Shown here one piece after another: positions 48,443 to 61,366 of a stretch of 64,000 bases of DNA (the first letter of the stretch is position 1; each line of letters starts with the position of its first letter). The position numbers were made by a program, and so were the translations under genes. Source of the stretch: Octopus sinensis (taxonomy: Eukaryota); the NCBI RefSeq assembly GCF_006345805.1, contig NC_043005.1:54560001-54624000 (forward strand), written 5' to 3'. The notes under the pieces are model-generated. The model searched no databases and had not been told where the DNA came from. It saw only the letters and a list, made by a program, of their open reading frames with translations.

Positions 48443-48480
48443 CATAAATGTACATACGTATGTATATATATATATATGTA
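47440..48480. repeat. Extended low-complexity (TA)/(TG)/(CA) region
   Basis: Direct reading; source of many spurious ORFs. Confidence 0.95.
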
Positions 48481-48686
48481 GTTGCAACGTTTAACGAACT
48501 TACACGCTTACAATGTTTACATGCCTTTGCATATGTCTGTCTCTGCATCATACATAAATGTTTGTTAGAAAAGGAATTTGGTAAGGAAGGGGATTCTATT
48601 GGTGTCTGACACTTTGCATTTCTGTTGATGATTAGACAGCTGTAACTGCATATGGAATATTGCCCAAACAGGTAAATTATCCCATG

Positions 48687-48694
48687 TGACGTCA
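48687..48694. promoter_or_regulatory. Perfect CRE palindrome TGACGTCA with ATTGG (CCAAT) motifs nearby
   Basis: Motif present in non-repetitive sequence; ATTGG at 48598 and 48772; function unproven. Confidence 0.25.
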
Positions 48695-48856
48695 AGAATT
48701 TCAATGATTTTTACTTAATTTCGTCTTTGTGATCTTTACTCTATGCTGTTTCAGGATAAATTCAATTCTTGATTGGTTTTGGAATATTGCCCCAGAGATT
48801 GGGGGGGGGGGGGCAGATGAGTGAGGGAAGGAATCTGGAATGGAAAGGGGGAAAGC

Positions 48857-48891
<35 letters not shown>

Positions 48892-49366
48892 GGTGGAGGA
48901 GGAGGAGGATGAGTGAGTAAATCTGGAAAGAAAGGATAAAGATCTAAAGGTAGAGAGACAGAGGAAGAGAGAGAGAGAGAGAAAGTAAATGAATGTATGT
49001 ATGTATTTGTGGTTGCGTTTGTATGTGTGTACTTGTGTGTTTGTGTGCGTGTGTGTTTGTGTACATGTATATGTCTGTGTGCTTGCATATGAGCATGTGT
49101 GTGTGTGTGTTGTGCGTGTGTAGGAGTAAAATAGAGAGAGATATTGCAAAAAAAAAAGAGAGAGAGATAACGGCAGAATGAAATGTATCTGGGCTGGAAG
49201 TCAAGAAATTAAAGAGCAGAAGAAGTATGTGTGAGCATGTGCAATAGAGACTGAGTGTAGAGAGAGGGAGAAGAGAGAGGGAAAGGGGACAAGAAGAGGG
49301 AGAGGAAGAAAGAGAGGGGGAGAGAGAGAGTGATAGAGTTATATATGATTTTACACACACAGACAA

Positions 49367-49441
<75 letters not shown>

Positions 49442-50034
49442 TATACATATATATACATGAATATATATATATATATATATATCTCATACATGTATATTTA
49501 GGTATATGGAGAGAGAAAGGCAGAAAGAATGTGAGAAAGGTACTGGACAAAATGCCTTTTGGCCAGACATGAAGAACATGAAGAAACTGAAGAAACAAAA
49601 GGCTGTATGTAAAGGTGGTGAGTGGAGTTACCTGAGTGAAAAGATGGTAAGGGTAGGGTTGGTTAGAGATAACGCAGCAGTGTCAGGGCAGGAGGGAGGG
49701 AAATTGATGCATGCTGCTAAAGAGAGAGAGAGAGAGAGAGAGTGATAGAAGGAGAAAGATAGAGGAGTGGGAGGGGGAAGAACTTGTCTAAACAATGATG
49801 TACGTTTTCATTAGATTACGGTAATTTCGCTCGTTTTCTTAACTTAGAAACAAATTAGTGAACAGCAAACCATGTTTTAGAAGATGAGAAGATTAAATCA
49901 TTAGTTTAAAGATTAATTTAAATAGATCTGCTCTCGTGGCCTCAGGACCATTGTAATTGTAGTCTGTGAGAAAGAGAATCCTGATTGATTCCTATTTTTG
50001 TGTACATACATGCCTTTCACATGCACACATACGT

Positions 50035-50084
<50 letters not shown>

Positions 50085-50112
50085 TATAGATACACACACA
50101 CACACACACACA

Positions 50113-50159
<47 letters not shown>

Positions 50160-50165
<6 letters not shown>

Positions 50166-50389
50166 TTTTATTCTTTTACTTGTTTCAGTCATTTGACTGC
50201 AACCATGCTGGAGCACTGCCTTTAGTTGAACAAACTGACCCCAAGACTTATTCTTTGCAAGCCTAGTACTATTCTATTAGTCTCTTATGCCAAACCACTA
50301 AGTTACTGGGACTTTAACACACCAGCATCGGTTCTCAAGCGATGGCAGAGGGACAAACACAGACACACAAATACGTACATATACATACT

Positions 50390-50428
<39 letters not shown>

Positions 50429-51080
50429 CACACACATATATATACACCAGGCTTCTTTCAGTTTCCGTCTACCAAATCCACTCACAAGTCTTTGGTTAGC
50501 CTGAAGCTCCTCAAAGACATACAGCACCTCGAAAGAGTCCAGAGGCTGGCTATCCGCCTGGTTCATGGTCTCAAAAATTTGTCCTACGAAGAAAGGCTGA
50601 GGACGCTCGACCTTTATTCTCTTGAAAAACGCCGCCGCCGTGGTGATCTCATTCTCGCCCACAACATCATAAGCGGGAAGTGTAACCTCTCGAAAGAGCT
50701 GTTCTTCACTCCTGCTCCGGAGCGTCGGCTGCGGGGTCATTCCGAAAAGCTCTACCTGCGACGATTTCATCTCAATCGAAGGAGAGGAGCTTTCTCCGTC
50801 CGGGTTGCGGATCCGTGGAATAAGCTGCCAGATGAGATGGTGAAGATGCCGACGACCGCTTTGTTCAAAGCCTCCCTGGACCTCAAGTGGCCTGAACTCT
50901 TTACATGAACACCACCCTGTACTTAACTCTATATCCCCCTACATGGCCTTGCTATTTGCTCTTGAGCCAAATTAACTAACTAACTAACTAACTAGAACAC
51001 ACTAGCCCAAAGTGCCACGCAGTGGGACTGAACCCAGAACAATGTGGTTGGGAAGTAAGCTTCTTACCACACAGCCACAT
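50160..51080 (-). mobile_element. SINE family B split by a CR1 insertion
   Basis: 3' part at 50160-50508; 5' part resumes CTAGAACACAC..CCCAAAGTGCCACGCAG at ~50992. Confidence 0.9.
50509..50993 (+). mobile_element. 5'-truncated CR1-clade LINE with uninterrupted ORF2 C-terminus (stop at 50908) and (TAAC)n tail
   Basis: KDIQHLERVQRLAIRLVHGLKNLSYEERLRTLDLYSLEKRRRRGDLILAHNIISG...RGH...FSVRVADPWNKLP; classic CR1 C-terminal motifs. Confidence 0.92.
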
Positions 51081-51185
51081 ACACATATACACACACATAT
51101 ATGCATGTTAATACATTCTATGTATACATCCTTTTGACTTCTGTTGTTTTGTTATTTGTTATTTTTAATTTTCGCTTTGACTATA

Positions 51186-51263
51186 TACATGGTGTCCCAA
51201 AAACTTTGACATCATTTCATCATTTAATCTCAAATGATGGCAAATTATTTGGAACACCCTGTA
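51186..51263. mobile_element. 78-bp Tc1/mariner-type MITE
   Basis: TACATGGTGTCCCAAAAACTTTGACATCAT / ATGATGGCAAATTATTTGGAACACCCTGTA inverted ends, bounded by TA. Confidence 0.8.
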
Positions 51264-51639
51264 TATATGTATGTACATACTCTCTGACCAGATTTGGATC
51301 AATAGAGTCAGATGGCACTATGTACTTGTTCTTGAGATATTCAAAATGAGTAATTCTTACTCTATTCACCTGATGAAATTTTTTTATTTTATTTTTTGCA
51401 TGATAAAATACTTCTGTTCACGAATAAAAAGCATGTTTGAAACAGCTGTAGTGAACCACGATCCATCTCTTGTTATAATATACATGACTAGGGTGTTAGG
51501 AAACACCTAGAAATAAGAGCTAAAATGCTCTAATTCTTAGTGAGGATCATAATTGAAACATTGCAAACTGCTATTTATATTAATTCTCTTTCTCTATCCC
51601 CCTCTCTCTCTCCTCTCTCTCCTCTCTCTCTCTTTCTTT

Positions 51640-51775
51640 CTCACTCTTTCCAACGAAGGGCTTCGCTCGAAACGTTAAACCTTTCTTCTTTCCTTCTTTC
51701 CTGAGCGTCCAATAATACTATATTTGTTCCACGTCCTCGTGTTGTGTTTTTTTGCTTTCTTGTTTGGATTAACGA
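51640..51775 (+). mobile_element. Family P1 copy with decayed HHR
   Basis: CCAACGA A GGGC UUC GCUC GAAA C GU U AAAC then TTCCTGAGCGTCCAATAA...TTTGGATTAAC, followed by (TA)n. Confidence 0.75.
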
Positions 51776-52020
<245 letters not shown>

Positions 52021-52260
52021 ACATCATCATCATTATCATTTAACATCCGCTTTCCATGTTAACATGGGTTGGACGGTTTAACTGAGGACTGGCAAGCTAG
52101 TAGGCTGCACCAGGTACCAATCTGATCTGGCAAGGTTTCTTCAGCTGGATACCTTTCCTATTGCCAACCACTCCAAGAGTGAAGTGGGTGCTTTTTACAT
52201 GCCACCAGCATGGGAACCAGTCAAGGGGCACTGGCATCGACCACATTCGGATGGTGCTAT
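52021..52260 (-). mobile_element. RTE-type 3' end
   Basis: (CAT)n TTTAACATCCGCTTTCCATGTTAACATGGGTTGGACGG. Confidence 0.85.
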
Positions 52261-52269
52261 ATTTGTTTT

Positions 52270-52590
52270 TAAAAAAAGAAGACTGGCACTCTGTCACTTA
52301 TGACAACGAGTGTTCCGGTTGATCCGATCAGTGGAACAGCTTGCTCACTAGATTAACATTCAAGTGACTGATGATTCTACAGACACACATACCCCTTCTC
52401 ATAGTTCTCGTGGAGATTCAGCATGATACAGAGTGTGACAAGGCTAGTCCATTGAAATAGAGGTACTATTCATTTTTGCCAGCTGGGAGGACTGGAGCAA
52501 TGTGAAATAAAGTGCCTTGCTCAAGGATACAATGCACCACAAGGAATCGAACTCACGACCCTACAATCACAAGCCACTAAGCTACTAAGT
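52270..52590 (-). mobile_element. SINE family D
   Basis: GATCCGATCAGTGGAACAGC...CCTTGCTCAAGG...GGAATCGAACTCACGACC. Confidence 0.8.
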
Positions 52591-52910
52591 CATAATACTG
52601 CAGCTATGCTGGGCCTCTAACTTCAAGAATTATAGTCAAATGAATTGACCCCGTACTTATTTTCATTTTAAGCCTGGTACTTATCCTATCAGACTCTAGC
52701 CGAGCCAATAAATTATGGGGACATAAACACACCAATACCTGTTTTCAAGGGATGGTGGGGGACAAATAGAGACACAAAGACACACACACAGATGATAGGC
52801 TTCTCTCAGTTTCCGTCTATCAAATCTGCTCACAAGGTGTCAGTCAATCCAAGGCCATAGTTTATGACACTTCTCCATAGTTCCATGCAGTGGGACTGAA
52901 CCCAGAACCA
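52590..52910 (-). mobile_element. SINE family B, degenerate
   Basis: GCAGTGGGACTGAACCCAGAACC head, family B body. Confidence 0.75.
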
Positions 52911-52974
52911 AAGTGCTCTTAGTTTTCAGTGTCCAGAATGTCTGGCACTAAATTCAGTGGCACAGAATGTCTGG

Positions 52975-53220
52975 CAGTGAGCTGGAAGAAACGTTAGCAC
53001 GCCGGGTGAAGTGCTTAGTGGTATTTCGTCTGAGTTCAAATTCCACCGAAGTCGACTTTGCCTTTCATCCTTTTGGGGGTGGGGATGATAAATTAAGTAC
53101 CAGTTATGCACTTGGGTTGATGTATGTAATCGGCTTAATCCCTTTGCCTGTTCTTGTTTCTCCCTTCTACATTTAGCTTCTTGTGGGCAATAAAGAAATA
53201 GGAATGTCTGGCACTAAACA
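52975..53220 (+). mobile_element. SINE family C
   Basis: GGCAGTGAGCTGGAAGAAACGTTAGCACGCCGGG...GTCGACTTTGCCTTTCATCC. Confidence 0.85.
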
Positions 53221-53329
53221 GGTTCTGTAAGTTATACGATACACAACTGCAGACAGTCCTAATTTGGTTGTATTTGTAAGTTCACTTCCCCCTGGGAGAA
53301 AAGCTATCACTGACAGTCCATTTTCATCA

Positions 53330-54015
53330 ATGAGTGATAAAAAGAAAGAAAGATGGTGGTGGTGGTGGTGGCGGCGGTGGCGGCAGTGGCAGTGGTGAAG
53401 ACGATGATGATGATGACTGATTTAATTCTGCATAAAATGATAGAAACTGATTTTGAGCGCCAACTCCTGTATAAATTCTGGAGTCTTGAAAGCGGTGATT
53501 TAACACAAAGATATTAATCCATTGGTGTATCATACATGCTTAAAAGATCATGGAAGGTCATCATCGTCATCATCAGCATTATTATCCTCATCCTCATCAT
53601 TACCACCACCATCATCACCACCACCACCACCACCACCACCATCACCATCATCATCATTGTGTACTCGATGGTATTACCATTATCATCCCTTTCAACAACA
53701 GTATGGATGATCATGGTCATGATCATTATCATATAATCATTGGTATCATCACTGTCATCATTACCACCACCACCACCACAACCACCACCACCACCACCAC
53801 AACCACCACCACCGCCATCATCATCATCACCATCTTCTAATGGTATTATCATTGTCATCACCTTCAACATCAACACAATGACAATGACCATGATCATTAT
53901 CATGTAATCATTAGTATCATCATTGTCATCATCATCATTATCATCGTAGTCATCACCATCATAATCACCACCACCACTACCACCGCCATCAGCATCATCA
54001 CCATCATCATTTACC
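53330..54015. repeat. Degenerate (CAT)/(CAC)/(GGT) trinucleotide tract
   Basis: Direct reading; poly-His/Thr/Asp ORFs are by-products. Confidence 0.9.
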
Positions 54016-54255
54016 TGGTATAAATAACATGGTTGTCTTTTGTGGAGGTAGCTTAATTGCAAATCTTCAGATAAGGTCTTAGATAACTTCTATTCTTTAT
54101 CCTCTCCCTAGGGTACTAGTCTTGGTTTTGATGTCTCTTAATAAAGATCATGGAGCAGTCTTTCTCTGCTCTGTTTAAGCTTTTACCAAAAAAAAAAACA
54201 TACCTGAATCAGCTTCCTACATATATCTATGTACCTGAGCTTTTGGCAAACTTAA

Positions 54256-54308
54256 TTTTTTATTTCTTTAGTTTCAGCTCAGAGCTGTGGCCATGCTGAT
54301 GCACCGCC
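54256..54308 (-). mobile_element. CR1-type 3' tail with A-rich end, directly downstream of the tRNA
   Basis: GGCGGTGCATCAGCATGGCCACAGCTCTGAGCTGAAACTAAAGAAATAAAAAA. Confidence 0.8.
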
Positions 54309-54321
54309 GTTAAAATATCAA

Positions 54322-54394
54322 AGCCTCCAGTGAGAATTGAACTCACAACCCCTGGTTTACAAGACCAGTGCTCTAACCTCTGAGCTATGGAAGC
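54322..54394 (-). tRNA. tRNA-Thr(TGT): tRNA-Thr(UGU) gene or full-length tRNA copy
   Basis: GCTTCCA TA GCTC AGAGGTTA GAGC A CTGGT CT TGT AA ACCAG GGGTT GTGAG TTCAATT CTCAC TGGAGGC T: all four stems pair, 73 nt, A and B boxes, TTTT a few nt downstream. Confidence 0.85.
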
Positions 54395-56021
54395 TGTTTA
54401 TATAAAAAACAAAAATGACATATAAGATGACCCTTATATTCATGTTGACATGTATGGTAATGAGACTATTACTGGTTGACCAATTCCTCAGAGCAACTCT
54501 TTTAGAGGGACATGTTAGCAAAATAAAAAATAAGTTAATAAACAAATAAAAAAAGATAATAAAATAGTAAGTAGGTTCAATAAATCGTGAAAGCGATCAT
54601 TTTGAAAACTAGATCAATTTAAATATAATTTCTTAATATCGGAGAAGAAAATTAATTAAATATACTTGAATAAAAATAAATTTTCGAGTTTGTGGATAAA
54701 ACAATATTATCAATGTTTTTTGGTTTTGTTTTTTTGTTTTTTGTGTGTGTGTTTGTGTGTTTTGTATTTGTGTATGTGTTTGTTTGTTTTGTCGGTTTGT
54801 TTACTTTTTGGTTATTGTTGTTCTTTTTGTTGATGTTGTTTGGTGAGATGGAGAGAGTAAAACGGAAGGAAAGTGAGTCTACTAGTTGAAGAGGTTTCTA
54901 TATGGAAGTGTGTGTAATTGGAAACAGAACAACTAATTTATGTCCTTTTTTCTGAGACAGAACAAATTAAAAGATTGAATCAAATTGAATTATAAACAAC
55001 ATATTGGAAGGTGTTTGGTTATTTTGCTAAAGTGAAATTATTAATTATCAATTTAATAGCTCATATTGCAACCCATTGATTTGAACCGAGTTCAAAATGT
55101 GGTCAAGTCACAGAGGAATAAATCAGGGTTGAAAATAAAAAAGGAAAAAAAAAAAACTATAGAGGGGTGGAGAAGTATAGCATTAAACCATGTCAGAGAG
55201 AGAGAGAGAGGCAGAGGCAAAGATAGACTGGGAGAGATTGAGAGAGATGGACAGAGAGAACTGGTGGAGGAATGAGAAGCCAGGACATGAGAGAGTGTTG
55301 AATAGAAAATAGATAAATAAATAAATATAATGATTAAATAAATGAAAATCAAAACTGTAATGACTTAAACATTTCACTTTAATTATCCAGACAATATTAA
55401 TTGGAAAAACAATATTTATCAACTGGAGACACAAATTATCAATTTATCCTCTTATTGTAAAGGAAAAATAAAATCGATTGTTAATACCTAGATATTATTT
55501 TTTTTTTTTTCATATATATATATATATATATATGTAATTAACTCAGTAACAGTTTTAGTGTTATATTAGAATATTATTTTGGTCTATATTATCACTATAT
55601 TAAGTTGTAATAAGCTTAAAGATTATTATAAAAAATATGTCTCTTTGATCAACTTATGACACCACTTTGTCACAATTTTGTTGTATTAAACGTAATTGAT
55701 AGGATCTATCTAACTTATCGACTTATTTGTGAACAACTGTTTGTTCTTTCTCACATAACATGGGTGTATTATTTCAGTATAATCAATTATTAGCCTGATG
55801 GTGTAGGCAGCGGCGGTGGTGGTGGTGGTGGTGGTGCATGTGGGGGATGGTGCCTTGGTGAAAAAGTATGGTGAAATTATCAAGAAGTTTATTTTGCAGT
55901 AATGAGGTTATAAGGTACAGTGTTTTTTAATCTAACAAGCACAATACTTTCGGTATGTATTTACTGCCATAACTCAAGTCTTGTGAATGCAGTTATCATC
56001 ATCATTACCACCACCACCACC

Positions 56022-56082
<61 letters not shown>

Positions 56083-56099
56083 CATGGACATTACTGTCT

Positions 56100-56410
56100 C
56101 AAGTCCTAGAGCTCATGGGGCCAGCTACCCAAGTTTCCATGTTGTATAAATAACCGAGGCCACAACATCCCCCCCCCCCAGAACCAGATGCCAGTCCTTT
56201 GCAGAGTTACTCATTCACAGATGAGTGGGCTGGAGCAACATGAGATGGAGTGTGACAACATCACGTAAACAAACTTTGGAAGTGTCAAATATCTGTAAAA
56301 TATGAAACAGAGTGTTTTACTTAAAAGCACAATGCACCACCTTGTTCAGGAATCGAAACCACAATCTTTCGATTGTGAGTGCAACACCTTTACCACTAGG
56401 CCACACACTT
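56100..56410 (-). mobile_element. SINE family A2, degenerate
   Basis: TTCAGGAATCGAAACCACAATC...CCTTTACCACTAGGCC. Confidence 0.65.
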
Positions 56411-56758
56411 TCTGAGTGCAGTCAAGTAAACTGAAATTATGCGAGAGCTCATCAGGTGGACTGTGCTAGTAATTCAAAGGGCCATATTTGTTAGACCCAA
56501 AGACCCAGGGAGTCTGACTGAGAGTTGCAATAAGAGTAGAAGTTGTTTTAGTTTTCTTTTTTTTTTATAGCAAATCACTTACTATATAAGTAACTTATAT
56601 AGACACAAGGTCTGGAATTTGAGAGAGAAGAAAATCAATTCTATGAACCTCATCATTTGACTGATACTTTTATCTTATCAACTCATGAGAGATGAAAAAG
56701 GCAAGGTTGACCTTCGCAGAAACTCAGAACAAAGAGCAAGAAAAAATATGGCAAGGTA

Positions 56759-57092
56759 ATCTACTGCCAATCTACTGCCTGTCTGCTGCCTATCTACTGC
56801 CAATCTACTATCAATCTATTGTCCATCTACTGCCCATCTACTGCCCATCTATTGCTCATCTACTGCCAATCTACTGCCTATCTACTGCCAATCTACTACC
56901 AATCTACTGCCAATCTATTGTCCATCTACTGCCAATCTATTGCCCATCTACTACCTGTCTACTGTCTATTACTAATCTACTGCCCATCTATTGTCCATCA
57001 ACTGCCTGTCTACTGTTTATCTACTGCTAATCTACTGCTAATCTACTGCTCATCTATTGCTCATCTGCCACCAGTCTACTGCTCATCTGCTA
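56759..57092. repeat. 11-bp minisatellite (ATCTACTGCCA), about 30 units
   Basis: Direct reading. Confidence 0.95.
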
Positions 57093-58030
57093 TCCTCTGC
57101 TTATTCAATCAATGAAGCTATATATTCATTGTATCACAGTACAAATAGAACATTCATTGTAAAGCCAAAGTGTGATCCACTTTACTTCATGTAATGGTGG
57201 TGGTGGTGGTGGTGGTGGTGGTGGTGGTGGTGGTGTAGTGATGGAAGTAGTGAAGACAGTTATGAGAAAGAGAGTAAGTTAGAAAACAAATCATGAAGAA
57301 GATTGTATATTGAAAGCAGAGAATTTTTTAAGAAATATAATTTAAGGCTTTAGAAAATCCATTATAATGCCTGAGCGTCATGCACAGCATGCAATACATA
57401 ATATTATTACATACAAATATTTTATTAAACCAAAATCAGCAACGAGGGATTTTTTTGTATAGTTTTTCTAAATTTCTAACTCAAATATATCTTTATTTTT
57501 AACGTTCCATGTGAAATGTTTTGATATTGTTGCTTAACTTATCTTATTAATCATACTTGTTGGACTTTCCAGCTCTGTTGACCACACCGATATCTTTCAT
57601 CAATATCCTGGTATACCTGGAGAAGTTTAAGAAAAAGATAGGATCAATACTTTAAATCTTCCTATTGCCTATCCTCACCTATTTCCAAGCAAGGAAATAT
57701 TTTCCTTTGCCAGAGATATTTTTGTAGAATATTGGAAATGAATGACATCATTTGTATGATTGAGAGACTCGCTTACAACTATTGTGATGTCAAGCAAGGA
57801 GACACAAACACACAGATACATATATTGTTATTCTTTTACATGCTTCATCAATAAAATCATAAGCAGAACGTTTTTTCCTGAAACAAAATCCACTTCCTAA
57901 ACAAAATGGCTTTTGGATTCAATCCTACTGCATTTCACCTTGAGCAAGTCTTTTTTTTTGTGGTATCTAGCTATGAGTCAACCGAAGGCTTGTGATAAGT
58001 AGATGTGGTAGATGGAAACTGAAAATCCGT

Positions 58031-58062
<32 letters not shown>

Positions 58063-59349
58063 CGTGCTTCCTTTTCTTAGCATCATGTGATAGTTGTAAA
58101 TGTGTGTCATTGTTATAAAAGTAGTGTCGTTCATTTCTGTTCTTCAGTGATAACATGTCTCCTCATAGGGTATTATTGTTTTGCTTGTAAATAATTGAAC
58201 ATTGGTAACAAGAAATGTATCGTCTGTAGAAAATCTCCATCAACAAATTCTGTCTAACCCATGCAACCTTGAGAAAGTGGATGTTAAAACAATGATGGTG
58301 ATGACCATGATCAGGATCAAGATCAGGATCAGAATCTTCTGAAAGATGATGATAATAATACTGAATTGTTAGCATGGATTTTTTTCTTAAAATCGTAAAT
58401 TATGTTTTTTAAAAATCGACAACTTACCAAGTCACTCCTTGTGACACTATTTAAGAACCATTTACTTAAAGGATCTCATTGGTATAGGCTTCCCTCATCT
58501 GCTGATTGTAGTGGCTCTTATTATACACTCTGTAACACAATTTTATCTTTGGATAACAACTATTATTTCCTGTTTGCTTCCCCAAGAAAGTATGAAAAAT
58601 GGCTGATATTTCCTTCAAACTTTGATTTCATTACATTTATTCAAACCCCCAAAGAATGCTTCTCAATACATGGCTTTCATGCTCTCCCCACTACTCCTGC
58701 TCATGGTCAGAGATGCACATATTGTCAGCCACTGAGAGACATGTTCAAGTGATTAAGGTCAATCAAGTGACAAGCAAATCTGTGGTAATGAGCAGCAGAA
58801 TATTTGCTATAATAATATTTCTGCTTCAACAACTCAGTACTGAATCTGTCTGAAATGTAATGGAAAATAGGTCAGTTTCAAAATATTGACATCCAGATTA
58901 CAAAAGCAAAGTTTGAAGGGACCAATGGTAGCCTTTTATTCTGTCACTTACTGGAAAGAGTGAAGACAGCCCTCAGTTCAGCATTTATTGAGTAGATCTA
59001 TGGAGTGATAGTACTCTTAAACTGATGCCCTGTTCAACATCACTTGTCTTTAAATGCTTTTGTTACAAGCATTCAGGCAAGCTTCCTGGCTTGAAGATGC
59101 CTTCATTTCTTCCTTTTACCTGTCTTGGTGGTCTTGAAAGAATAAAGGATTCCAGTTGCAATTCTTCTCCCTCTGAATAAGCAGGAAAATGTATGCAGTC
59201 AGCCAAACAACTCAATGTACAGTAAACTTACTCTTATTTGGTACTCAAATATCTGGAACTCTCAAGCAACCAGCATCTAGAAAGAAAATATGTTGTTATC
59301 GGGGTCAAGAAATTTCTGCTAATTTGTGTTTATTAATTAATTTTCATTA

Positions 59350-60160
59350 AAGCAGTGAACGGGAAGAACTGTTAGCATGCTGGACGAAATGGTGAGTGGT
59401 AGTTCATTCATCTTTGCATATTGATCTCAAATTCCACCAAGGTTAACTCTGCCTTTCATCTTTTCAGAGTTGATAAAATAAATACCAGTGAAGTAGTGGG
59501 GTCAATGACTGACCCACTCCCCTCAAAAACAGCTAGCCCTGTGTCAGAATTTGAAACCATTAATTAATTGAGGTTAAAAGGAAAAGGACCTTTACTGCAT
59601 TTCAAATGGATCAATGCTTCTCAAAGCACAGTATAGTATTTTATTTCATTTTACTGTATTTACAATAGCATTTTATTAGGTAACTAAAATTTGTTTCTTA
59701 CTTAAATTATATTTTGATTTCTTCCTATTTTTCTCATTTCTTTTATATTCACAATATTCGTTTCTACACTAGGTGCAAGACCCGAAATATTTGGGGAGCA
59801 GGGTGGGCCAGTCAATTAGATTGACTTCAGTATGCAACTGGTACTTAATTTATCAATCCTGAAAGGATGAAAGGCAAAGTCGACCTCAGCAGAATATGAA
59901 TGTAAAGACAGACGAAATACCTATTTCTTTATTACCCACAAGGGGCTAAACATAGAGGGGACAAACAAGGATAGACATAGGTATTAAGTCGATTACATCG
60001 ACCCCAGTGCGTAACTGGTACTTAATTTATCGACCCCAAAATGATGAAAGGCAAAGTTGACTTCGGCGGAATTTGAACTCAGAACGTAACGGCAGATGAA
60101 ATACTACTAAGCATTTCGCCCGGGGTGCCAACATTACTGTCAGCTCACCACCTTTATATT
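59350..60160. mobile_element. Cluster of SINE family C copies (plus 59350-59560; minus composite 59760-60160)
   Basis: Multiple GGATGAAAGGCAAAGTCGACC cores. Confidence 0.8.
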
Positions 60161-60181
60161 CAGAATATCAATGACAACACT

Positions 60182-60393
60182 AAGGTGGCAAACTGGCAGA
60201 AACATTAGCACGTCAGGTGAAATGCTTAGCAGTATTTCGTCTGTCTGTATGTTTTAAGTTCAAATTCTGCCAAGGTTGACTTCGCCTTTCATCCTTTCAC
60301 GGTCGATAAGTTAAGTACCAGTTGTGTACTGAGGTCAATCTAATCGATTGGCCTTCTCCCCAAAAATTTCAAGCCTTGTGCCTAGAGTAGAAA
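60182..60393 (+). mobile_element. SINE family C with 20-bp TSD
   Basis: TSD AGAATATCAATGACAACACT at 60162-60181 and 60394-60413. Confidence 0.9.
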
Positions 60394-61309
60394 AGAATAT
60401 CAATGACAACACTGATGTACATAGACAGTTTCAACGAGTTTCAATGTAAGGTGATGTTTTCATTTAAAAAGTGATAGACATCTGGAAAACTAAACTATCC
60501 AAAAACCCTCTGGACCCAGTGGTGTTAGATAGCACAAAGTATATTGTAACTTCTTATTCTACAAATACAAATACACTATACTTCTACCAAGATAAGGACC
60601 ATAGTGCAAAACTGAAGCAGCATCAGTTTATCCTATAGGATTCGGTGAAACAGTATCCAGCATACTGTACTCTTTTTACTGTTCAACTTATTTTTATTTG
60701 TCCATTTCTGAGAAGATAGGGTGTTAAGACTGAAGAAAATCTGGATGTTGTTTCTATCAGATCAAATGATATATTGCTGTTGTCGTTGTTGTCATCAGCA
60801 GCAGAAACAGCAACACTGTTACCATCATTATTGTCTTCTTCTTCATTGTGATAAGCTCCCCATGCATAGAGTGGTTAGTATTTAGTCTCTGGTTCCTTAT
60901 GCTAGCTTTATGAATGGTGACAATTTCCACAGGACGTCCTGGAGGAATAGAAAGATGGGCGATGGTCACGTGTGAGCAACAAGGGACAAGGACAAATTAA
61001 AAAGAATATCATGTAATAGTGTTTTTTATTCATGATCTACCTTCAGATATTTCTTCTCAAAACTATGAATCAAATAATATGATTTTAAAAACAAAAATAA
61101 TGAATGAAATAACTTCATGAAATTAGTGGTCATAACCTTCCATTTGTTTATTTTTTAAATTTATTTGTTTGTTTATTTATTTGTTTATTTATTTATTCAT
61201 TCAGTCATTCATTTATTTTCTTCCATTCCCTTATATATCTACAGTCTCAAAGGCTTTCTTGGTTTTTCAGCACTTTGCCACATTATTACATTATCACAAT
61301 ATACCCAAG

Positions 61310-61341
<32 letters not shown>

Positions 61342-61366
61342 TATAAATTAGAACAAACAGTAAAAG

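Noticed and set aside
53514-54062. Poly-His / Asp-Gly ORFs
   Set aside because: They arise from a degenerate (CAT)/(CAC) tract open on both strands, with no splice or domain support
58850-59280. Decayed coding-like stretch on the minus strand with a possible transposon end
   Set aside because: Many stops and no motif I could assign to a family
60820-60938. Candidate minus-strand exon RPVEIVTIHKASIRNQRLN
   Set aside because: Good acceptor but weak donor, adjacent to decayed trinucleotide repeats, with no homology recognised
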